DNA of 61,929 bases, filler included, from Platydemus manokwari (taxonomy: Eukaryota), in assembly GCA_037951405.1 (NCBI GenBank). It is 5 parts of 5 records of this genome, joined end to end, with 100 filler letters (N's around TTAATTAATTAA, not from the genome) between each part and the next. Parts side by side here need not be neighbours in the genome. Positions count along the whole stretch, not along the records: positions 1 to 17,769 come from JBBMOY010833311.1; positions 17,870 to 28,529 come from JBBMOY011115663.1; 3 more parts are not named here. One strand, given 5' to 3'. The notes under the pieces were generated by a model that saw nothing but the letters and a program-made list of their open reading frames with translations, had not been told where the DNA came from and ran no database searches. The translations under genes were made by a program, and so were the position numbers. This document shows, piece by piece, positions 14,001 to 26,260 of this stretch; position 1 is the stretch's first letter, and the number at the start of each line of letters is the position of its first letter.

Positions 14001-17000
14001 CCGCTGTGATTATACTGAATAAATATAATCAATTGGAAATATTTTTCACAATCAATATCAAACTTCTTTTTGTCGTTCCTCGATACGTTTTCGTCGTTCT
14101 GATTCTAGTTGAGCCGCTGTTTTCGTTGCTTTGGACAATTTAGAATTCGTTATTATTTTGTGGATATTTTTTCTTGTCTCCACCTCTTCCTCTTCTTTGT
14201 CTTCTTCTTTCGTGGATTTTTTGTCCCTGCTGTTCGAGACTGTCTTTTCAGGTTTGATTTTCTTGGAAACTTTCGATTTGATGCTTTTGGATTTTGTAGA
14301 ATATTTTTTCGGTGATATTTTCTTATACAAATCAGACAATGAAGCATCAGATTCACTGTCACCGCTAGCACTTGATGAACAATAAGTCGATCTTAAATGG
14401 ATTAAAATGAAATGTTTTACACGGATTCAAGACGAACTTTCGTTTACTAGCAGATTTCGGTTTTTTAGAATTGTTTGAAGATTTACCATTATCTTCAGAA
14501 TCGGAATTTGTCGGTTTGGGCATCGTCAATCTCAGACGAGTTTTGCGTTTATCGGTTTTATTATTCGATGATTGTTTTTTACCATTGGAAACAACCGGGC
14601 TTCCTTTATCAGATTCGAGCGATGTATCAGAATCAGTACTGCTTAATAATGGCTCAGACATTTGATTTATTTTAAAGTCGAAAATGGAATTTTGAGATTT
14701 ATTCTCTGAAAATTCACTACTAGCTTCAGAATCACTCTGAAATGATACAATGTGATAAATTTACCGATTTGTGCCAAATATAGTAGTAATGTCGATTTTA
14801 TCAGTGAAATTGTTTTAATTATCGTAAAATCGCAATGCACACAATTAAAACGAATTTACATTATATTCGTTCATGAAAAAGATTTTGTTTTCTATATCGA
14901 TCAATATTACAAGAATAAATATTAAAATATTGAAAAGGCTAAAGTTTTTTTTGTTTGAGAATTGGTGTTTTTGAAATAAAATCCATTTTAGTGATGGAGT
15001 CAAGCAAAATAATTAAAAAAAATTTTAATTCCACACTGTTTAAAATAGTTACAATTAATGAAGTAATTCATTTGATTGTATTGAGAATAATGTATGAATT
15101 TTCGTTTAATAAAGATGTGTGGCTATCAAAAATAATAAATCAATAAATAATAATGATAATATATAACTCTTATATCAATTCACTAAATAAATACTGTTTG
15201 TAAAAGTCTTGTCCAAACCATAACAAGACATCTTAACAGCTCATAAACAAAGACAAATGCGTTGATATTTTGTTATTGTATCTTAATTATTATTAAATCG
15301 TTTATAATTGAGAAATTAATTGATAAAAGTGACAAAACAAAAATATTTAGTACATCAATTTCAAAACAATAAAAACATAAGCTAAACAATATTATTGAAC
15401 AATGGCAAGGTTTTCACTTAAATTTTATTATTCATTCCAGAAAATATTAAAGCTCTGAGATTTTTGGAAATGTTTTTTTTTATATTTTCCCAACTGTAAA
15501 TCAATGAGCACATGGAATATAAGATACACATTTTTTAAAATAACCAAAAGATTAATAATTAAAGGAAAATGATTTATCAATATACTATTGCAACCAACAA
15601 ATGCAATAAACCGGCTTTGAAATTATAATAGACTACCATGTGAATTGAATTATAAATTAAAAAATATAAATCAAAATAATTCAATTCAATAAAATGGAAC
15701 AAGAATCATCAATTTAATAAAATTATTTTAGCAAAAACTGAGAATTAAGAGCAACTTTAACGAAGCACAGAAATTTGACCTACATTTTTAGGTTATCCAC
15801 TAGTTGTCATGGTAAAGAGATTACTAATTTTTGTCCACACATGCATTTCATAAACACACAAAGCCAAATTCAACAAATCGTATGTTCGCTATGAACGTTA
15901 AAATTAATTAAATTGACACAATAGAACATAGACATATGGAACAAATGAATCAATAGATGAAATATCCAAACTATATAAATTTAACCTGATTCACAGTATG
16001 TTTGTATAATTGATAAATAATATTTTTTCAATCGATAAATTCGTGACAAAGAATATTAACCGTTACTAGCATCAATTATTTTATTTATTGAACACAGGTG
16101 AACAGATTCACTAAAATTTGACCTACATTTTAGATTAATTTTTGTAATCATGGCAATGAGATAGAAAGTGATTTTATGAATTGATCTTTATGTACATAAG
16201 AAAATATCAATGTTTTCAAGGTGTTTTAATAATAATTCGACAAAGAAAATTTACCTGATATATATTGGATAATTTCTTTATGCTATTATTTAATTTAGAC
16301 TTTTTGTGGCTTTCTACAAAAAACTGGCTAAGATATTAACATATATAATTGTGAAAATCACCATTTTTCGTGGAAATTATTTTGTTTTTTAATTTTGGAA
16401 TACGACACAAATGATTAATTTCTTTTTCAAGCTTCTGTAAATTCTGTAAATTGCTTAAAAGATAAAAAATAGCAATTCAAATAGTACTTGTATTTCACTA
16501 ATATTATCGTTCGAATTTAGCTTGGAAATATCTAAAAAACAAAACAAATTAAGAATCGTGAATTATCTTTGAGTAAAATACCAAATAAAACAACACTGCA
16601 TTCTTTAATTATGGGATTTGGTTCTTTATAACCTATAAAAACCGGATTTAAACCTAATGAAAAAGAAATTACGGATTTTACTTTCACATTCTACGACAGA
16701 TTCTGTATCACTATCTTTAAGAATTGCTTCTTTGGCTGCATAATTGAGAATAAGTAAATCATCTCCAAAATTATGTCCTTCTTTATAAATGGACTCTGAT
16801 TTTAAAGTTAACGTATAAATGCAGTTTTATTGAAAAGAAAAAACCTGAATCTAGTTTGTTAAGAATAATAGATGAATCGGTAGAAATGTCATTTAAAACA
16901 ACTTGCACGTCGCAAAAAATATCTTTCGTATTAGAATTATCGATCGTTATCACATTATTCGCAACCATATCATTATTTTCTTCACAATTCCTAGTTTCTT

Positions 17001-17373
17001 TAAAATATTTTCAAAACGTTTGGACAACACAATTTAGCAAACCTTGCACGGTATTGGATTCCTTAGAATCTACTACTTTATCAATAATGTCACATATAAT
17101 CTCTTTTATAAATAATGAGTCTTTATTTACATTATATGTATTATTTATATATAATTTATCTTCCTTAGCTTTAAATTTCATGGGGGCTTTTTTTAAATAT
17201 GATAAACGCGATTCTATAAGCACGAATTTAGATCGTGCTTCAGATAGTTTTTTTTCTTTAACTTTTACATCCAAACTATTAGATGTCATGTCATTTTCAA
17301 GTGTAGTAAATAATTCTAAAGTATTGGTTAATAAACCTTTTGTAGATTTAATAAAATCTAATATTTTATCCAT
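5013..17373 (-). CDS. ATRX: ATRX/XNP SNF2-family chromatin remodeller, multi-exon
   Basis: GT-AG exon chain, coordinates approximate: 17373-17043, 16997-16845, 16795-16682, 16632-16582, 16531-16488, 16443-16362, 16313-16255, 14736-14423, 14370-14064, 14015-13875, 12021-11667, 11141-10887, 10831-10656, 10604-10389, 9031-8912, 8886-8611, 7744-6744, 5212-5013 (TGA). Motifs: KPHQ, VKFLWD, GCVLAHCMGLGKT (motif I), PGPDFVVCDEGHLLKN (II), LTGTPLQN (III), IIFSQS, LISTRAGGMGINL, SWNPSHDIQAIFRSYRFGQ, and the ATRX-type C-terminal LPKD..LAEL / EHDSLL..ELTESER..AW. Confidence 0.93.
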
Positions 17374-17769
17374 CTAAAAAGGTAAACTGAGAAATAAATT
17401 AAAAAAATTATAATAACAAACCTTATTTAAGAAATAAGAATTGCAAAACCTCCAAAAAATGATGGTTTAAAATAAATATTTTATAGAAGGTTTATGATTT
17501 ATTTGTAGTATTTAAACAAATATAAGAAAGTAAATAATGGTGTGTGGACTAATCCCATAAATTTTCTTAAATCTTGCTTTGTTCGAAATATTAACAATTT
17601 TTAGCAACTATTCTTAATTGACAATTGTTTCTTAAGTTTTGTAATACTAGGCACATAGTTTTATAATTTAAATTATTAAATTTTAATTATATTTAACAAA
17701 AATTAAATTGAAATGGAGGAAATGGTAAAAGTCGTGTAAAATGAAAAAAAAGTTGTCTATAATCTACTA

Positions 17770-17869
17770 NNNNNNNNNNNNNNNNNNNNNNNNNNNNNNN
17801 NNNNNNNNNNNNNTTAATTAATTAANNNNNNNNNNNNNNNNNNNNNNNNNNNNNNNNNNNNNNNNNNNN
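17770..17869. other. Artificial scaffold spacer N44-TTAATTAATTAA-N44
   Basis: The identical 100-nt construct with a six-frame stop linker occurs four times. Confidence 0.97.
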
Positions 17870-20800
17870 ATGCTTAAATTGCTAAAACAAGGGTTTCAAG
17901 GTACGAAATCGTTTTTCTTTTTCAGGATTTTGTCTTCACTCAACATTAACAATGATAAATTCTGATGTCATAAGAATAAATTTTTCAGCTACACAGTTAG
18001 CTCTCGGTTTAGTGTGATTTCAGTAAATGACATCCTATATTATAGAATCTAAATAAGTAATAAATTTTCGATATTTGTGAAATAGCTAGAGGTTCCTTAG
18101 TAAATTGATAATTAGCTGATCTAATGTAAATTTTTCCTTTATGTCGTACAAATAGGCAATCGATTTCAAATTTTGTACCATTTGTTTATTAATGCAATTC
18201 TCTTTCTTGAAAGTGTTTTAATAATTATATTAATAATTATTTATTCCTTATTTAAAATTTTATTAAAGACAATTTGTTTGTTTTTTGGTTAATTTATGGT
18301 GATTATTTTATTTAAATTTGCTTCGTTTTATTAAATAATTATTTATTATTAAGTTTTGGGTTATATTGCTTACAAACCACATTTAATTAAGAATTTCGAT
18401 TTATTCCGATATTCCCAAAATACTGCACCCACAAAACAAATTGTAAGCAAAATTAAACACATTTTTTAAAAATAAATTGCTTAAATGGTTCTCAAGATAT
18501 AAACATTCCCCTATTGTTTTCCATCTTCCATTTACTTGAAGAAGTAAAAATAATTTATATTCTGAGTAAAAATGCTCACGATCTGGTCTGAAAAAGTCTT
18601 CAAATCAACTTTAATTGTTATAATTTTCCTTTGTTGGATAAATTCCTTTTCTGAGAGCAATTTAATCTTCAAAAGTCGAATGAAACAATTCCAGGGGTTA
18701 AAATTGTTGAGTCGAGAAATCGGTAATGACATGAAGTTTTTGAACCGTTTGTGAGTTGAAGTGTCATAAGATATGACCTTCAAAGCAGTCTTTGGAAATG
18801 GAATTGTTTAAGGTTCAGATGGCTTTGATGATTTTGTTTATCAATTTTCTTATCCATCTGTACTTTCTTTAGGACTGTTTCGTAGATCTGTGTTTTGCAA
18901 TAAAGTGAATAGTTCCACAGTCCATTCGAACCACATTCTTTTGATCACTTGTCGAAGGTCTGAATATTATTCTATGTTCTTTTATCTGTTTCGGCCATTA
19001 GTGCAGGTTCATTCATGTGGCATTTTACATCTATTAGAAGGATCATAGATTTTCTATCATTTATTTATTGAAAATTCGCTCTAAGTTTGGATTGCGTGAA
19101 ATGGCACTCTTTCCCCACATAGACTCTATAGTCTATATTGTTAACAATTCCATTGGCCAATATATCCATTATTCTGAGGTACCGATGGAGTATAAAAGAG
19201 TGGGGTGGTTTGTAGTAGGTGAAAATGTGTGTTGGCTATTCCACTTCATATAAGCATTTTATGCATGCCATCCTTCTCATTTATTTTTAGTTGATCTGAT
19301 TATTGACTAATCCATTTGAGGTATTAGAGTCATTTTGATTGTGTAATTAATTGATTTGCATTTAGGTTTGTAATCAGCTTGAGTTTATTTTTTTTATAAT
19401 TTTTTTGATTTTAGAAAATTTGAATTGTGGGTATTTGAGTTTATTGGAATTTTATTTTTATTTATTGATCATTAATTAGATCTAGTGGATTTGCCGATAA
19501 GTTTAAGGCCAATTTTTTATGATTTGTATGATGGCAACGTATAAGGGAATTCGCTTAATATTTTAGATTTGCCAGAAAGTTATTTGATGTATGGATATCA
19601 TTTTATTTAATAAATATGGAAATAAGAATTGATTTTCATTTTGTATTTCTGAATAGTTAATGCATTTTCACAAAATGGGATCAAAGCAATCAATGGTTCT
19701 TGTCAATAAAATATTTTCAATTTGTTAATTAATTCATGTTTGTAGATTTTCACTTAATTTTATTTCCTTACAAATTGTCTTCAAATAACCATTTCATTTT
19801 TCCGGAATTGATATTATTGAATATTTTCCTTTCCCCAGTCAATAACATTTGTCAATAGATATTATATCAGAAATTTACTTAACAATTTTTTGAGAATATC
19901 ATTCAATGGTTTTTGTGGAAATCACATATCAATATTTGTCCAACCAAATAATTCCAATTTATGACAATTTCCGCATTGTTATTGAAAGATTTTTCAGCAA
20001 TCGCATTATGGATTTCCGAGGTTGTAATTTTAAAATACATTTTTATTATCTTTAATTGCTCATCAAAAATGATTTTTTACAATTGATAAAAGTTTTTCAT
20101 GATTTGATTGTAGACAGTAAAAATTGAAAAAAATAATTTCAAAAGAATGACAATTGAAAAGAGTTCGAAGTAAAATGAAACCAGATGTTTATAAATCTAC
20201 ACATGGTAGATTTTATAAAATATCTTGTATATTGTTAATAAATTCTGACAAATATTTAATTATTGCAATTCAAATTCATTGCTGTCTTGATTATCTATAG
20301 TTATTTACCCTAACTTCTGCAATGAGCAACTAATTTTAAATTACATCAGCACATCAATGATTAAAGTTTTGAAAACTTGTGCGTGAAAGCAGTTGATTAA
20401 TAATGAATTGGATTTTTTCCATGGTCAACATATTCTTTTCGCCTTAACAGTAATTTGATTATCATATGCCTCAATATTATACCAAGAAAAGTAAAAGTAG
20501 TCTGATATTATTACTTATTTAAATTAACTTTTAATAATTAAAATAATTTAAAAAATATTCGTCAAATAATTTAGTGAAATAAACTTTCCAGATAATGCAG
20601 CTAAATTTTACTTTATCAACACATTATAAGATAAAATAACTAAATTATTATTAACTTTGTTTTACTCATACCCTTTTCAATATTTTATTAAATTTCCAAA
20701 ATAAAATACAAATTTGTCGAGATTGATAAGCTTTAGATAATTTTTATCGACTTTAGTCCACGTAATTATAAACATTGTTATAAAAAATTAATTGTTACAA

Positions 20801-21260
20801 CACGTGTAATAACAACGTCATTATTCTCATTATGCGGGATCTGCATTCATAAGTGTAAAAATAGGCACACTTGTAACCATTTAAAATATATTAATCATTG
20901 CAACCAAATGGGAACTTAGTTAACACTAAAAGAAAATGTATCACGAATAAAATATTACAATCTCTCACACAACACAATTGAATTGCAAAAGTTATTCTTT
21001 AAATCAACCATAAAAAAGCAAAACATTGGCAAATCAAGCAATTATTTTTAAGAATGAACACATTAATGTAATTGAACAAATATATACATACATAATATAA
21101 CACAAACACACACACATTCCGATACCGAGAGAGCTTGTATTGAAATAACATTTTTTTATCCAATCATAGTCAATTATAATTTAAACTAATTTTAACATCG
21201 GGCAAAACAACATATAAGAGTGGTCACATTTGCCCACGTAATAACTTCGATTTATTGTAT

Positions 21261-22097
21261 TTACTCAATCAATTTCTTTGATTTGAAATATCGTCTCAAA
21301 TAGAGCACTTGCCAAACAGCTAGACCCAACAAACATGCCATAGAAAATATGGAAAAATAAAAGACTCGATTATGTGTGGATTCTAAAAAAATTGGAAATT
21401 AAAAATCCTTTATCTTAAGTTTACCGTTTGTATCACGCATTTTTTCTTCTCTATCTCGCATATATTGGAAATCTTTGACAATTTCATCACTTAAATCTTC
21501 TAAACGTTTCAACTCAACTTCTAATGGTTTCAATTTTTCTGCTTGTGCCAACTAATTTACAATATAAATGTAATTTTTATTCAATTATAAAAGATAATAA
21601 ACATAATTTATAACTATACAATTAATTACTAACACTATCATAATTTTTAGTCTCCACACCATGTTTGATGTCTAAGAAAACTTCACGATCTTGACCTTTA
21701 CCACCTAAATTCAATCATGATATTAATAAATTTAGTAAAATATTCTTAACCTCCAACAAGCTTAGTTTCGATGCAAACATCAAACATTTCGTATTCTTCC
21801 GTTGTAAAGGCAAATTTTCCTTTAGCTATATCATCTTTCTGATAAAGAACATGAGCTTTAGAATCTGTTACCTAGTTAGAAGTCTAAAAATTTTAATTCT
21901 TAAAAATTTGTATTTACCTGAATTGATGCTTTTTGGCCTGGTGCATCAGTAATATCATATTCACCAGTCACTAATACATTTTTATGAATTTCTTCTTTAA
22001 GACATTTCTTTCCACCACCAGGGGTCACGTAAAATCTTATTGCAGATGTCAAGTACAAGAAATTTAAAATGATAAAGCTAATAATATACAAATTCAT
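21261..22097 (-). CDS. TMED10: p24 delta / TMED10 (TMP21) ER-Golgi cargo receptor, 5 exons with short introns
   Basis: Signal peptide, then [18 protein letters not shown] (exon 22097-21918), [104 protein letters not shown]-stop with a KKxx retrieval tail. All junctions are GT-AG. Confidence 0.96.
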
Positions 22098-23074
22098 TAC
22101 AAAATGATACGTAACTAAATTTTAAAATATGATTAAAACTGCACAATATATGTGTTGGTAATAAAATAAGTTTGACGTAATAAAACAACTTCTATTTTAA
22201 AATCTTACGTAGAAATATAAATTTGTTTCATTCAAAGTGAATTTATCTAAATGGTTGAAAAACAGCTAAATTTAGAACCATACTCGAAAGTTATTTGAGA
22301 AAGTGATTAGAATTTCCAAATTAATATAAAACGTATAAAATATTAGATTCAAGATTTATCAAAATAAAACTTCTTTAACTTCAAATTAAGTAATCAATTA
22401 ACTAAATTTATTAACTTATTCTTTATTAATAAGCTTCAACATCATGTAAATTCTTCAATAATGAGTTAAGTATTTTTATTTCATTATAACGTGGCCTACG
22501 ATATTTATACATTCTTGGAAAAAGTCTTGCTATATTTAACTTAATGAAGTTAAATATTTTGAAAATATATAAATAATTTATCGGGGATTATCCTCTTTTC
22601 ACAGAAGACTAGCTTTTCCAGTAACTTAAGCACATTTTTAATGAAGACTCATGTAATTAATATTTAAATTTTGAAAATTTCATGATATAATTTACTATAT
22701 ATTTAGAATTTTACATTGTGTAACACACTTAAATGAATCAAGAAATTGACAAAATCTTAACAATGTCAATGTTGTAAATATAAACCATTCATTTGAATAC
22801 CAAATAAGCAATAATTTTCTAAATAAGATTCCAATAATTGAATGAAGCTCTGAAGTATCAACAGTTGTGCTTGTAACTGGACATCAATGAGTATTTATTA
22901 ATACTAAAAACGTGAATAATTAATTAATAACTGATTTTATACTAGTCTACTTTGAGAATTCCTACAATTGTTATTTTCTGTTCTACGTAAACGCTTTCTT
23001 CAAAGAGTAATGTTTCGAACAAAATTTATAACTTTGAATATGGTTCTAAAAGAGAAGATTTTGTTGCATACATT

Positions 23075-23680
23075 TGTTAGGATCCGAACCCACAGTGAGT
23101 CACGCAACGACAAATAACAGGTTACGCCCACAAACATAACCACATCGCAGACAGACTAGGACAAGATACCAAATTAGAGAGCAAAAATTAGTCACGGCAA
23201 GAAGCATTAGTCAGCTACGAGACAAGCATAACGTAACAGAAAACCCCATCACAAGCCGACTTTATTCAGCGAGATATAGACCGAATTGTAAATAGTTTCA
23301 TATCGTGTCGAAAGATTCGATATTAAATAATCAATTCTTCGTTTTGCTCCTACCTTTTTAATAGTTTTCATTCATTGTACGGTTAAGTGAGTCAACATTT
23401 CGCTAGTTCCGTGTTCACACAATCATATTAATAACTTTGCTAATTTTATATTATAGTTATTTGATTATTAATTATACTTTTCAGTTAATCCGTGTTATTG
23501 TTATTTATTATATCTACATTTATATATAAAATCGCAACCTATATTACTTCACACGAAATACAACAAATTGTTTGGAGTCTGATTTGTAAAAACAACGAGC
23601 AACTCAACAACCAGTCACATCTCATTCAAATAAAACCAAAACTCAATACGCTAAAATGTGTCTATGCCTTTCTTATATAA
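23075..23680. mobile_element. LTR-like repeat, family A copy 1
   Basis: Begins TGTTAGGATCCGAA. Shares gttacgcccacaaacataa, acgagacaagcata, ttcatatcgt and tttttaatagtttt..ttcattgtacggtt with 37277-38108. Lies next to the Gypsy relic. Confidence 0.7.
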
Positions 23681-24099
23681 TAACAATTTTCGACTTTGTA
23701 AGTGTATTCATTTCATTTATTTTTTCTTAATAAGTTCGAAGTTTTACTATCTTTTGCTTAACTATTTTATAAATTCTTTCACCATTCATTTGATTCACGT
23801 CTGCTGATGTCATGTCTTTTATATTTTATTTCTATTGTGAGTATATAAGCATAGAATAAGTATGTTTAACATAATCAAACATAATCACAACAATAATTGC
23901 AATTATAATTAGATTGTGGGCGTGTGTGATCATAGCACTAAAACTATTTAAAACATTATTGTTCAACGCGTTGCCACTGTAATCATTGGAACAACTATAG
24001 TATTTTTAAAATTAAATGTAAGCAAGTGAAACGATATAAATCACCATGGTTAAGGAATTAATAAATTAGTCATCCATCCAAAAATAACATAGTATATAA

Positions 24100-26260
24100 G
24101 CAGTCACAAATCATAAATTTCAGTACAAAAACTCAGTACATATCAGCATATTATCGACCACCTTCAGCTCATCTATAATTCTCGAAAGTGAATGTTTGTT
24201 CCAGAATTTCTCACTAGTTAGAGTTGTTTCACCATCTAGAAATCTGAACGTCTCCACTAGAGTGCATCTTTATTGTATGCTTTCTAGATTTTCTCCATTA
24301 TCTAAAATTTTATTTGTATTTGGGATAAACATCTGGCTTTAGGCTTTTCCTTTTTTGCTCCATGATGTCTCGCCTTGCACTGGGAACATAGTGTCTCGTT
24401 GATCTTAGACAATCCATCTGCGCTGCTATGATTCTCTCCTTTTCTGTATTTTAAATCGAAATCGTATTCTAATAGCGCCGTCATCAATGTTTCAAATTGA
24501 AGGCTGATCGGTTTTCGTGTCGAGTTCAAGAATTCAAGGGCCTTGTGATCGATCCTCGCAATGAATTTCTTCCTTTACAAGTATTGTCATTCTTGTAGTT
24601 TCTTCCTGGTAACAAAATATCCTTTCTCGTGACTAGTCAGTAATCGAGACTCATAGGCTATAATTCTTTTTGTTCCTACTTCAGGAACTTGGTTTAGAAC
24701 AGCACCGATTGCATCAAAACTCGATCCCGTATCGAGGATAATCAAAAATTGATGCTTCACAGAGTGCCAACTTTAGCTTCAAAAAACTTGTTTGACACGG
24801 TTTTGGCTATTGTAATTCCTTGTCTTCAACAGCGGTTGCAGCGTATAGTGAAGCCACTATTACTGTCTAATCCTTGATGAATCACTTGTAATAGTTTGTC
24901 AGCCCTAAAAATTATCGCAGTTTGCTCGTACACTGTGGTACTGAAGCATCTCGTATCTGTTCGATTTTGTCATAATTAGTCTATATGCTCTTTGCACCGT
25001 GTGGCCTTAAAACCTTACTTCATCTTTGAATAGCCTACATTTCTCTGGATTCACTTTCAAATCCGACTCTTGAAATCGTCAAAACATGACTTCCAGTAGA
25101 TCGTCATGCTCTTGGTGAGATTTTCCTGAAATCAGCACATCATCCAAATATATCACAACGCCCTTAAAGATCAATTCATTCAACAGCTTATACATTAGTT
25201 TTTGAAAAATTGGTAGTGCTGTAGATAGTCCGAACGGGAGTCCGTTAAAACAGTATTACCTAATTCTTATGCTAAAAGTTGTCCAATCTTGGGATCTCGA
25301 ACTTAGGTCGACTTGACAATAAGCCTGCCCCAAGTCCATAGATGAGAAATATTTAGCATCCGCCAAACAATTTAGAAGTTGATGAATATCAGGCATAGGA
25401 AGCTAAATTTTCCTGTCACTCCCCTGAGTCTTGGATTATCCACACACATCCAGATAGACCCGTCCTTCTTTCCTATGATGATTAGTGGTGAATTCCAAGG
25501 ACTCTTATATAGTCTTATTACTCTTATTTTGAGCAAGTTTTTTTTTATCACATCTTTAATTTTTGCTTTTAAGTGCATAGATTGTCTTCTAAAATTCTGC
25601 AAAATAAGATTTCTGGTAGCTAAAATATCGCGAACAACTAAATTAGTTTTTCCTAAATCCAATTTCGAAGCCATAAATATTTTTCCGTAATATGCCATTT
25701 CAACCCCGTATTCCCAGTCTTGATCGTTTCCACTGGATGTTTCGATCTTTCCTCATCTGTAAATTACTCGTTAAATTGTGATGAATTGATTGTGGCCACG
25801 CTCTTTCAGCTGAATCCTGAATGGATTCATACTGTCAACACCCCTCATGAATCTATTGATTCGAACTTACCGACGAAATGTGTGCGATGGAGTTGTGGTT
25901 TTTAGTTCTTCTCAACTTAAATCGAACTTCTGTTGTAAAGCTATTGGCTATGAGTTCCGTGTTCTGATTGTATGTGGCGGTTTATAATTCATTGACTCGA
26001 TGCTTTCTTTTTTGAATTGGTTATTCCACCGGTTGCTTCTTCTAGTTTTTAGCCCTTAAGCATAGCTGTCTCTACAGATTGTATGGACTGCCGGGAAATC
26101 TCGTTATAAACTTTGTTCTCGAATCACGAACACCTTTGCAGCACTCCTAACTTTTATTATATCCATGTCTGGCTTTAGAGCAAGAATCTCTTTTAACCCA
26201 TTTGATATTGTTCTCTTGCTGATGATATCTTTACTATGAAATATTGCTTCAATCCGTGAA
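24100..26260 (-). mobile_element. Degenerate Ty3/Gypsy LTR retrotransposon internal region (RT-RNase H)
   Basis: SPWNSPLIIIGKKDGSIWMCVD, YFSSMDLGQAY, RLPFGL, YLDDVLI, TGSSFDAIGAVL, DHKAL, LLEYDFDLKYRKGENHSSADGLSK, with many stops and frameshifts. Confidence 0.92.

Noticed and set aside
17008-17013. In-frame TGA in the ATRX 5' region as readthrough or selenocysteine
   Set aside because: Explained by a 45-nt GT-AG intron (16998-17042).
18500-20120. Stop-riddled coding-like stretches (similar patches at about 5900-6250, 12400-12900, 29100-29900, 33700-34400, 51660-52020)
   Set aside because: Probably old TE debris, but I could not identify diagnostic motifs to assign them.
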